NCBI GenBank assembly: GCA_041690135.1 | Contig: JAWLHY010000012.1 | Coordinates: 160,001 to 224,000, forward strand | Direction of reading: 5' to 3' | Origin: Armatimonadota bacterium | GTDB taxonomy: Bacteria; Armatimonadota; SYMT01 | Length of the DNA: 64,000 nt | In this document: positions 20,516-29,521 of the stretch, piece by piece | Layout of the letters: the number at the start of each line of letters is the position of its first letter | How positions within the stretch are numbered: the first letter of the stretch is position 1 | Notes under the pieces: model-generated | The model's input: only the letters and a program-made list of their open reading frames with translations | What the model was told of the DNA's origin: nothing | The model's database searches: none | Translations under genes and position numbers: made by a program

Positions 20516-22802
20516 GAGTTTATTCCCCCCGGAGGAGCGGTTTCCGGGCGCGGATCCGCGGAACCCATGGTCCGCGCAGCCGGGGCAGCCGGCGAACCTG
20601 ACCGGCGAGGCGCCGGGGTGGCCAGCGTCACCGGACGAGGAAGATGAAGACGAAGAAGCGGGGACTCCGGGCGGAGAGGAAGCGAGCCCGGCGCCCCCGG
20701 AACTGGGGCGGCTGGCGGAGACGGTGGACTACACCGTGCGGCTTTCCGAAGCGGCCCGGAGGCGGTTGGGAACGCAGATCTGCCGCGAGATCGAGCGGTA
20801 CGAGGCGGCGGTGCAGTCGCGGAAAGAGCTGCTGCAGGAGTGGCGGCGGGATTACGAGATGGTCCCCTCGGCCGGTCCGGAGCCGTGGGACCATGCCAGC
20901 TCCCTGCGGGCGCCGTTCGCGCGGGTGGCGGCCGACCAGCATGCCACGCGGTTGAACAGCCAGATCGTGCAGGCCGATCCCCCCTTCGCGGCGAGAGCCC
21001 GGACGCCCGAGGCGGTTGAACGCGCCCCGGCGATCGAGGAAGCCCTGGCGGCGATCCTGGAGGAGGCCAACTGGAAGGACGTGGCCCGGGAAGTGCACCG
21101 GGAGATCACGGCGGGGGCTGCCTGCCTGGTGTGCGTGACGTACGCGCGCAAGACTGCCCGCGTGCCGCGCCTGAAGGTGAACTTCGACGAGCAGAGCTTC
21201 GCCCGGCGGGTCCGCGGCGGCACGCCCGTGGAAGAGGCCTTCCGGGGAGCCGTGGAGTCGCGGCGGGACGGTACGCCCCGGGTACGGCTGGAGTTCGAAG
21301 ACACGGTGACCTACGACGGGGTGAAGCTCTCGTGCGTGCCGTGGGAGGACCTGATCGTGCTGCCCGTGAACGCCACCGACCCGGAGCACATCTGGGGCAT
21401 CGGCGAGCGGGTGCGGCTCCGCGGCTTCGACCTGCGGGAAGGCGAACGGGAAGGGCGTTATCTCAAGAATGCAGTGGAAGAACTCCTCCGCTCCCCCGGC
21501 GACAGCCCCGACGCGGACGACGTGGAAGACACCGAGGAATTCAGCGCGGTCGAGCTGGAGGACGGCGCGTATGAAGATTCTCTGTACCGGGAATACGACT
21601 GCGCCGAGCTGTGCTGGTACGACGACCTGGACGGCGACGGGTTCCAGGAATGGTACCTGGTGACGGTCCACCTCCCCACCGGGAAGGTCCTTCGGGCGCA
21701 GTACTCGCCCTACGAGCACGGTCGTCCCTACTACGTACTGTTCAACTACCTGCCCCGGTCGCGCCAGCTCTTCGGCCAGGGGGTGATCGAACTGCTGGCG
21801 ACCACCCAGGACGGCGCCACGGCCACCATCAACAACTTCAACGACCTGGTCTCGCTGCTGGTGGCGATGGCGGGGTCGTTCTTCGTGGACGAAGACAGCG
21901 GCATCGAGCCGGAGCGGTTCGTGTTCGCGCCGGGCCGGCCCGTGAAGTGCCAGGACCCGCAGCGGACCATCCTGCCGATGCCGGTGGCGCAGAACATTCC
22001 CGTCGCCCTGCAGGCCTGCCTCCAGGCGCTGGAGATGTACAAGACCTGGGCGGACCTGCTGACGGCGACCTCCAACCCGGTGGTGGGCCGGGAGACGGCG
22101 GGCCAGCACACGCTGGGCGAGCTGCGGATGGTGGTGGGCAACGCGATGGCCGTGTTCGAGGACAAGGCCGCCGGCGTGGCCCTGACGTGGGCCAAAGTGT
22201 GGGACCTGGTCCGCTGGACGGTGGCCCAGTACGCCGAGCACGGCCAGGTGCGGTACCGGAAGACGGCGCGGCCGGGGGAGGCCCCCGAGTTCAAGGCGGT
22301 GGACGCCGAGTTGCTGAAGGCAGAGATCGATCTCTCTCCGGCCGGCCTCGCCGAGTGGGCGGACGCCCAGGCGCGGGTGGCCCGGAACATGTTCGTGAAC
22401 GGCCTGCTGCTGCAGGACCCGCAACTGGCGACCGTGCCGGACGTGAAGCTGACGCTGCTGGAACAGACCCTGCGCGACGTGAAGCACCCCCGCGCGGAAC
22501 GGCTGCTGGAGATCATCCGGCAGGCCCTGGCGCAGCAGCAGCAGATGCAGCAGCAAATGCAGCAGATGCAGGCGCTAATGCAGGCGGCTGCGCCTCCCGG
22601 TCTCACCACGGAGAACGCGGAGGAAGGAACCCAATCAACCGCGGAGACGCAGAGGACGCTGAGGGGACGCGGAGAGGTAGGAAGAGAGGGACGGGACCAT
22701 TCGCACGCCCATGCTAACCAGTTGAGAGCGCAACTTGCGGAAGGAGATGCTGAAAGTACGCACGGAGCGGCTGGTAGGAGTGGCAGCCTGGCTCCCAGGT
22801 AG
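20502..22802 (+). CDS. Portal protein (P22-like size and position)
   Basis: 766 aa after the terminase; PY..F.Y.P.....G.GV.ELL...QD, ETAG..T.GE motifs and Q-rich tail typical of podovirus portals. Confidence 0.8.
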   Translation: MQGPESLFPPEERFPGADPRNPWSAQPGQPANLTGEAPGWPASPDEEDEDEEAGTPGGEEASPAPPELGRLAETVDYTVRLSEAARRRLGTQICREIERYEAAVQSRKELLQEWRRDYEMVPSAGPEPWDHASSLRAPFARVAADQHATRLNSQIVQADPPFAARARTPEAVERAPAIEEALAAILEEANWKDVAREVHREITAGAACLVCVTYARKTARVPRLKVNFDEQSFARRVRGGTPVEEAFRGAVESRRDGTPRVRLEFEDTVTYDGVKLSCVPWEDLIVLPVNATDPEHIWGIGERVRLRGFDLREGEREGRYLKNAVEELLRSPGDSPDADDVEDTEEFSAVELEDGAYEDSLYREYDCAELCWYDDLDGDGFQEWYLVTVHLPTGKVLRAQYSPYEHGRPYYVLFNYLPRSRQLFGQGVIELLATTQDGATATINNFNDLVSLLVAMAGSFFVDEDSGIEPERFVFAPGRPVKCQDPQRTILPMPVAQNIPVALQACLQALEMYKTWADLLTATSNPVVGRETAGQHTLGELRMVVGNAMAVFEDKAAGVALTWAKVWDLVRWTVAQYAEHGQVRYRKTARPGEAPEFKAVDAELLKAEIDLSPAGLAEWADAQARVARNMFVNGLLLQDPQLATVPDVKLTLLEQTLRDVKHPRAERLLEIIRQALAQQQQMQQQMQQMQALMQAAAPPGLTTENAEEGTQSTAETQRTLRGRGEVGREGRDHSHAHANQLRAQLAEGDAESTHGAAGRSGSLAPR

Positions 22803-22833
22803 ACAGGCTGAAGCGGGTGTGGGGCGGAGCGAT

Positions 22834-22861
22834 GGGCTGGGGGTATCCCCCGGCCCTTTTT
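22834..22861 (+). terminator. Intrinsic terminator after portal
   Basis: gggctggggg-tat-cccccggccc followed by TTTTT. Confidence 0.7.
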
Positions 22862-22898
22862 GTTGGACCGGCGAAACGGCGGCATGGGGAAGGGTGTG

Positions 22899-25800
22899 AT
22901 GATGAGAGACGGGAGCGGAAACACAGGTGCAGCAGGAGGGACAGCCTTTCACACAACCAGCCCATATGCGGGATCGATACGGAAGTATGAGCAGGAGCTG
23001 GCGCGGCTGGAGCGGAAGTCCGCCGAGTGGAAAGGGGTGATGAGCGACCCGACGCAGCCGCCCGGACGGCAGAAGGCGCTGTTCGGGAGGCTGCAGGGGA
23101 GTGAGGCGTCGGGCCGGCCGGCGCCGGGGACGGTGAACGCGCGGGCCTTGCGGCTGCGGGCGCAGATCGACGCGTTGAAGCTGGCCGAGCGCGTGTACCA
23201 GGCCGACCCGACGACCGAGACCCGGCGGCGGCTGGACACCTATCTGAACCGGGGAGCCCGGATCCGGGACGAGCGGGACTGGGTGTGGAACGAACGGAAG
23301 GCCCTCCGGACGGTACAGCAGGAAGTGGAGAAGCTGCAGGGCCTGCCGGGTTTCGGCAACGCGCAGACGCAGTATGCGGCCCGATATAACGCCTATTTGA
23401 AGCGCGGCGGCGCGCTGCGGGCGCTGGAAGGGCAGCACGAGGCGGAGCGGAAGACATTCCAGAATTACCAGCCCAAGCCGGCGCCTACCGCACCTCCGTT
23501 CGGCTCCAGGCGTACCCCTAGCCGGACGGAGCCGCCGCAGCCGGGGGTAATTCCCGCCGGGTTCGTTCCAACCCAAAACAGCAAGCCGACCACGACCCCG
23601 CCCGTGAAACCCCGCCCCGGTGCGTCGCGAGGCCGGGCGTTCAACCCGTTTAGCTACAACGTGTACGGTCATCAGCCGGATTTCGGCGAATGGGCGGGCC
23701 AGCAGGCGGTCAAGGGGATCGAGAGCATTGGGCGGGTCCTGGGGTTTGGCGGCACGATCGACGCTTCCAAGCTGCCCAGCAAACAGTACGCCGAGCTCTA
23801 CCCACCGGTGTATCTCTCCGAGGACGACCAACAGTTGGCCCGGGAACTGGCGGAGATCGGGCAACTGCGGCCCCACGTTGCGGGGGTGATCTCTCCCTTT
23901 GTGAAGGCCTACCGGTCGGAACTCGGGCGGCTCCCGCGTACAACGCAAATGCTCATTCAAGCTCAAGCGGCGGCAGGAGTCGGTGCGCCGGGCCCCTCGG
24001 CGGAGGAACTTCGGAAGGCCGTACCGCAGGAGGTCTACGATCAGCGTTATGCGGAAGCCATCGCGCGCAGCCTGGGCGGAATGAACGAGCAGGGGCTGAT
24101 CGCTTCCTTTGAAGCCAAGCTGGGCCGGCCATTGACCTCGCTGCAGAAGAAGGCCGTGGGCGCCATCGCCGCCGCAGAACGCCTCAAGCTGTTGAACGAG
24201 GGGAACTACACCCAGGCGCTTTCCGGTGACCTCCGTAACGTAGTGATCAGCTATGCCGCGGGGGCGGGGGCGGGGCAGTTCTTGCGGTATCTCAAGGGGC
24301 CGGCGGCCGGACTGGCGCAGAAGCTGGGCACGCGGCTCCCGCCGAAGACCCAGGCGGCGATAACGACCCCACTGGGCAAAACGTCCACCCAGGCGCAGCG
24401 GCTGACCGAGCCGGTCCGGAGGAAGGTCCCGCCCGTGGTGCGGGAAGCGCTGATCAAGACGCTGGACCCGGTGGAGCATACGGCCGCGGGGGTGTCCGAA
24501 GCGGCAATCCAGGCGTTTGAAGTGGCCTCCGACCCCCACCTGACCTCCGGCCAGCGAGCGGAAGCGCTGCAACGGGCGTTTGTGGAAGGGGCGAAGGCCA
24601 ACCTGGGCTTCGAAGCGATGCTCCAGGGGGTGCTCCTGGGCCGGCACGTCTGGCGTGGAAGAGGCAAGGTGGGTGGCGCCGACCTGTCGCGCCTGCGGGA
24701 CCAGGTGGCCAAGGATTTCCGCACCCTCGAGCCCCAGTTGGAAGTCGATCCGGAGGCGCTCGACCGGATGTCCGGAGTACCCGGCCTGGGGAAAGCCTAC
24801 GCGATCGTCCGAAGGGGCCAGGCTAAAGGCGCCAGGTTCGGCGTGGTGGAGGGGTATGGGATCGTGGAGATCGGGGCCGAGCAAAACGGCCGCGTGTTTG
24901 TGCGTGCCGTGGCCCAGCCCAGACAGCGGTTCGAAGTGCCCGCGGACCGCCTGCACGAACTCACGCTGCCGAAGCCACCCGTCGGCACGCGCCCACCCGC
25001 ACCCGCCGGAGCACCTACAGGGAAGCCGGATACCAGCCGGAGGACTCGCCCGCAGGGGGCGCCTCCCACGGTAAAGCCTGCAACGGTACCCCAGACAGCG
25101 GGCAACCCGAAGCCGGGCCCGAACGCGTCGATGCACCCACCGAACTCCATGGCGGGAGCCCCGAAACCGGGAGAAGGCCCGGCAGGAGGAGGCAAGAAAA
25201 CACCCGCAGAGAAGACAGGTGTCCCCTGGTCCGCCAAGCCCGTTGATGCGGGCACCGGCGAGGGGCACGGGGGGCACGGGGATCCCGGCGCCAGCCATGC
25301 GCCGCAGGGGATGGAACCGCCTGGGGACGGCCTCCCGCAAACCGTGCGGACCGCAGTGGCGGAACCCCCCTCCGGCCCAGGCAAGACGAGGAACGGTAGA
25401 GCGACCCAAGACCCCACGCACTCGCCTGGAAATGGGGCTCCCGATCCGCGTGCGGATTACTCCGCCACCCAATCCAGGAGTACGGTAGTAGATGACGGTG
25501 CCGGCTCCAGGAAGAGTGCAGAGGGTCCGGTTGGCGGCAAACCCGGACGCGACGGGGGAGCCGGTACCGGCTCCGGTCCGGACAGCCGCAGGAAACCGTA
25601 CGGCCGGAGTGGCTCCACCAGCTCTTCTGGGACACCGCCCCCCGGAGGCGCTCCGGCGGGAGGGCCGCCGCCCAATGCTGGAGGTGCTCCGCCGGGAGGG
25701 CCACCACCCAATGCCGGAAATACCGGCCGGTCAGCCCCGAAACCCACCACCGCCCCCGCGCAACAGCCGGGGGCGGTCGGCGTTTCTGGGCCAGGTCGAG

Positions 25801-27203
25801 GGGAGTTACCAACAACGCAAGGCCAGGGGAGACCGGTCCCGGTAGAGGCAACCGGGGATCCCGCGGGAGCGAAGCCCGGGCAGTCACCGGACACCCACCG
25901 CAGAACCGGACCGGGAGTGGCCCGGTCCGTAGAGGCTCTGCGGCGCGAAGTGGACGGGGAACTGCGGGAGGTGCTGAAGCGGCTGGAGAGCGGCGGACGC
26001 ACCGCGCAGGGAACGGGGCGCTTCACCCGTGCGGGGGATGTGCGGCGCCTGGAGGAGCTTCGCCGCGAGTGGCGGGACCTGGAGCGCGGCTGGGGCGGGC
26101 AGTACCGGATCGGTGAGCCGGTGCTCGGCATCCGGTGGGACGGTCGGACCGAAGCGCTGATCTACGACGGGATGGCGAGCCCCACGCACGCCTACGTGAA
26201 GGCCGCAGGGACGGGGTTGCGGCGGCCAGGCACCGTGCCGGTGGGGAGTCTTGCAGGTGCAATGGCGGCTCAGTCGAAGCTGAATGCTCCCACTACGCCA
26301 GCTACTTCGGGTGCTCCCACACAGAACTTGACACCTCCTTACATGCAAGCCATTCCGTTGAAACAGTCCATCGGGGGATCTGACAGTATTGCAAATGCAT
26401 CACATGGCAAGCGCCCGGAGGTGTTCGGTCGTCCCAGTGGGATTGAGCAGTATGCTAACGATCATCCGAAGCAGCACGCACAATCGAATGATCGAGGCGA
26501 GAGCATTCTCGCATTCCCTGAAAAGAATAAGAGCTCCAAGAAAGTAGAAGAGAAAACTGGTAAGGGCAAGAAGGACAAGAGGCCAGAGCAGATCAAGGAG
26601 TGGGAGGGTCGCCTTATTGACGAGTGGGGGTTGAAGGAAGTATATCTCGGTGAAACAATCCACATCGCGCAATGGACCTATACGGGTTTAAAGAGCCTGC
26701 GCGAACTCGGCCTACCACTTCCAAAACGTGTGCTCGTAGATGCTACATCGTTTGCGACGCGTGGCCGAGTGGCACAAGCGGACATTGACACTCGAAGTCT
26801 TCACGTCAACCCGCTCAGTAAGTATTTTTCCAGTCGCACTGCAATGCGAGAGCAGATTAGAGACGACTTCGATAGTGGATACGCTTCGACATCTCACGAG
26901 CATCACATCCTACGGCATGAGTGTGCCCACTTTGAGCACGCTGATGTGGTTGGGGCACAGGTTATTAAGGCGGAAATGACAGCACACGGAGCGTTCCCGA
27001 CAAACCTGGTTGGGGACGATGGAACACCCAAACCGATACCTCCTGGTGACCCAATCGATACTGCTCGCTTGGTAAGTGGCAGAGCAGTAGACAGTGCCTC
27101 CGAGTTTGTTGCTGAAGTGAGAGCTAAGGCTCTGAACGGTGAATCAGTTGAGGAACTTGTGCGAGAATGGTATTATTACTTTGGTGGGCCAACGCTTCCG
27201 TGA
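22899..27203 (+). CDS. Polymorphic giant protein B with C-terminal zincin-like metallopeptidase tip
   Basis: Shared linker and domain at ~25240-26250; AT-richer tip with ST..HHILRHECAH and SEFVAE (HExxH plus downstream E). Start uncertain. Confidence 0.75.
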   Translation: MMRDGSGNTGAAGGTAFHTTSPYAGSIRKYEQELARLERKSAEWKGVMSDPTQPPGRQKALFGRLQGSEASGRPAPGTVNARALRLRAQIDALKLAERVYQADPTTETRRRLDTYLNRGARIRDERDWVWNERKALRTVQQEVEKLQGLPGFGNAQTQYAARYNAYLKRGGALRALEGQHEAERKTFQNYQPKPAPTAPPFGSRRTPSRTEPPQPGVIPAGFVPTQNSKPTTTPPVKPRPGASRGRAFNPFSYNVYGHQPDFGEWAGQQAVKGIESIGRVLGFGGTIDASKLPSKQYAELYPPVYLSEDDQQLARELAEIGQLRPHVAGVISPFVKAYRSELGRLPRTTQMLIQAQAAAGVGAPGPSAEELRKAVPQEVYDQRYAEAIARSLGGMNEQGLIASFEAKLGRPLTSLQKKAVGAIAAAERLKLLNEGNYTQALSGDLRNVVISYAAGAGAGQFLRYLKGPAAGLAQKLGTRLPPKTQAAITTPLGKTSTQAQRLTEPVRRKVPPVVREALIKTLDPVEHTAAGVSEAAIQAFEVASDPHLTSGQRAEALQRAFVEGAKANLGFEAMLQGVLLGRHVWRGRGKVGGADLSRLRDQVAKDFRTLEPQLEVDPEALDRMSGVPGLGKAYAIVRRGQAKGARFGVVEGYGIVEIGAEQNGRVFVRAVAQPRQRFEVPADRLHELTLPKPPVGTRPPAPAGAPTGKPDTSRRTRPQGAPPTVKPATVPQTAGNPKPGPNASMHPPNSMAGAPKPGEGPAGGGKKTPAEKTGVPWSAKPVDAGTGEGHGGHGDPGASHAPQGMEPPGDGLPQTVRTAVAEPPSGPGKTRNGRATQDPTHSPGNGAPDPRADYSATQSRSTVVDDGAGSRKSAEGPVGGKPGRDGGAGTGSGPDSRRKPYGRSGSTSSSGTPPPGGAPAGGPPPNAGGAPPGGPPPNAGNTGRSAPKPTTAPAQQPGAVGVSGPGRGELPTTQGQGRPVPVEATGDPAGAKPGQSPDTHRRTGPGVARSVEALRREVDGELREVLKRLESGGRTAQGTGRFTRAGDVRRLEELRREWRDLERGWGGQYRIGEPVLGIRWDGRTEALIYDGMASPTHAYVKAAGTGLRRPGTVPVGSLAGAMAAQSKLNAPTTPATSGAPTQNLTPPYMQAIPLKQSIGGSDSIANASHGKRPEVFGRPSGIEQYANDHPKQHAQSNDRGESILAFPEKNKSSKKVEEKTGKGKKDKRPEQIKEWEGRLIDEWGLKEVYLGETIHIAQWTYTGLKSLRELGLPLPKRVLVDATSFATRGRVAQADIDTRSLHVNPLSKYFSSRTAMREQIRDDFDSGYASTSHEHHILRHECAHFEHADVVGAQVIKAEMTAHGAFPTNLVGDDGTPKPIPPGDPIDTARLVSGRAVDSASEFVAEVRAKALNGESVEELVREWYYYFGGPTLP

Positions 27204-27257
27204 CTGTCGGCCAGAGTTTTGCACGGCACGTTTTTGACACGGAAGGAGAAGATCTCA

Positions 27258-27527
27258 ATGGAAAAGGACTTGAAGAGGCAGGAGCTTCCTTGGGACTATC
27301 AGTGTCGCTTCTGCGTACACTTTGATAAGGAGAATCCTCATAAATTGCGATGTGATGCGTTCCCTGATGGGATACCTCTGGAGATCGCCCATAACGTTGT
27401 AGACCATCGACTTGCCTTCCCAGGAGACAACGGCATCCGTTATGTATCGATTCCGGGAAAGCGGAAGTCACCCTTTATTGAGGATGAGGAGATGAGCGAA
27501 GTGAGGCAGATTGAGCAAAATCGTTGA
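27258..27527 (+). CDS. Small Cys-rich protein, putative immunity for tip B
   Basis: CRFCVHF...CDAFPDGIP.EI.....DH....PGDNGIRY; paralog of 29059-29466. Confidence 0.7.
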   Translation: MEKDLKRQELPWDYQCRFCVHFDKENPHKLRCDAFPDGIPLEIAHNVVDHRLAFPGDNGIRYVSIPGKRKSPFIEDEEMSEVRQIEQNR

Positions 27528-27599
27528 TTAAATACTAAAGGGTATGGTCGCTCACCCAGTAGACTCCTGCGAATCCGGGCTGTATCTGCAGACTGGATC

Positions 27600-29056
27600 C
27601 CAGTAGCTCCGCCCCCGCGCAGAAGCCGGGGGCGGTTGCCGTTTCTGAGCCCGGCCCGGAGATGGCAGGAGAAACTCCGGGGCTGGGGCCGCAGCAGGGG
27701 AAGCCGCAGCGGATTCCCCGGTCGCAGCAGGCCCCAGCACCGGTAACCACAGTCAGGACGCCGGTCGCGCCGCCGGAGCTTCCGGGTCCCGCGCTGGCGC
27801 AGCAGTTGCCGGCGGGGCAAAAGGTCCGGCACATCACCGGGCTGCGGGAAGCGGCGGACTGGCTGCCGTGGTTCCTCGCCGGGGGCGGGCCCCTGCCACG
27901 GGAGATCAAAGCCGGGGGCAAGGAGATCCTGGCGGAAGGGCGGGGACCGTACTCCGTGGTGATCGAGCTGGACCCTAGCCGGGTGACGGGGCGGCAGCTG
28001 CATGCGAAAAGCGAGGTGTACGGGCTGAACCACATCGGCCCGGATGCGGTGACAGCGTTCGTGGCGCCCAACCGGCTGGTGCTGCGGCGGTACCGGGCCA
28101 AGCCGGGGATGGAGGCCGCGTTCGACTTCGAGAACGCCCAGAAGGTGAAGCACGGCTACCGGGTGCTGCGAAGGGGACGGCTGACTCCGTTGCTGGCTAC
28201 TGGACCTCAGTTCACGGCAAGGCACGGAGTCCAGACCAGTGATGACAACATCTGGCGCGATGCTCCGGAGGTAGGGAGTGCCCGAGATCGGACGCTTGAA
28301 CGGCGCCCACTGCAAGCGCTTCCCGGCCCGGAAGACACTTCATCTGCTCGTGATACACCGTGGTCCAGGAGCGAGCAAAAGCGACAGCGGCGAGCCGCAG
28401 AGCGGGCTCAACGGGAGATTCGAGGTATCGATGAAGCTTCCTGGGCGGACTTCTCGTAGATGCCGGGTAGGATCGCTGAGCGGATTATCGACGAACTGGC
28501 TGCCTTGCAGCGAGACTTCCACTTCACCGTCCGGGGCATCTATCCTTCAGACCATCGGATCTGGTGGAGTGCCAGACCGCAAAGCACCAGTTACTTTGAG
28601 ACCGATGGACACCTGCTTGCCTATGGCGTTGATCGGTGGCATCCTGACGCAATTGAAGCCAGTCTCCGAGAACTACAGGCACAAGAACATACCAGCCAAG
28701 CGTCGAAATCGCTCGTCGCGGCCGTGGATCATGACGTATGCCATATGATGATCGATCAGGCTATTCAGCAAAGGAGCGGAAGCATCAAAGCCAGACTGGA
28801 GCAACGTGTTCAGGAACGTGTGGAACAGTACCGGCAGGAACTGGGAGAGGCTGCTATTGTGGAAGAGTTAGGAGATTACGCGTGGTATGGGACGCTGCGC
28901 AACCGGAATGAACCGGGCCGTGAGCCTCTGGACACGGCATGGAAGGAGACGATAGCCCAGGCCTTCTCCGCCTATCGTGCGGACCGCGAGACCGTGAGTG
29001 AGCCTACCGCGCGTCTGGTAGAGGATATCCTGGAAACGTTGGACTTGAGGAGGTAA
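27600..29056 (+). pseudogene. Orphan toxin cassette (27662-28459, in-frame TAG, 28460-29056) with degenerate zincin
   Basis: Begins at a hairpin copy (27608). HExxH is replaced by HDVCH and E.IAE by ETIAQ; followed by a Cys-rich gene. Confidence 0.6.
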
Positions 29057-29058
29057 GC

Positions 29059-29466
29059 ATGGCCGTATTTGCACCTAGTTGTTTGGATTGCATCCACTTC
29101 CACCCCGGCAGTAAGGCCAGGATCCGGACCGGCACCTGTAATGCATTTCCGGACGGCATTCCCTCGCGCATTGCTTCGGGAGTGGATCCGCACGAGCAAC
29201 CGCATCCCGGCGACCACGGGATCCAGTTTGAGCCAAATGAGCGTGTCCGGGAGTCCCGTGCACGGGAGGCGAAGCGGGAAGTAGAATTCCAGCAAATGCG
29301 GGAGCAGATGCATGCACTGGCCCGTAACCTGGCGGACGAGCCGGAGGAAGTCTTGCAGGAGGCTTTCAACCGTCAAACGGACGAATGGGGAGTCCGACGC
29401 GTGAGTGCCAAGGGGTATCGTGACACGGGTCGATTTATAGTCTCTTCAAGAGATCTGGACTTCTGA
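29059..29466 (+). CDS. Cys-rich putative immunity protein, paralog 2
   Basis: CLDCIHF...CNAFPDGIP..I..G.D.H..P.PGDHGIQFE; strong RBS (GAGGAGG). Confidence 0.7.
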   Translation: MAVFAPSCLDCIHFHPGSKARIRTGTCNAFPDGIPSRIASGVDPHEQPHPGDHGIQFEPNERVRESRAREAKREVEFQQMREQMHALARNLADEPEEVLQEAFNRQTDEWGVRRVSAKGYRDTGRFIVSSRDLDF

Positions 29467-29521
29467 GGAGAGGACTTTCGTTGCCTCCACCCGGGGGGAG
29501 ACGTTTGTCCCCGGGTCCGCC

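Noticed and set aside
22635-25472. Long antisense ORFs (945 aa here; also 10554-12485, 18180-20366, 20628-22556, 35679-37502, 45389-47410, 48111-50096)
   Set aside because: Shadow frames of GC-rich plus-strand genes; Arg/Pro/Gly-rich with no recognisable motifs.
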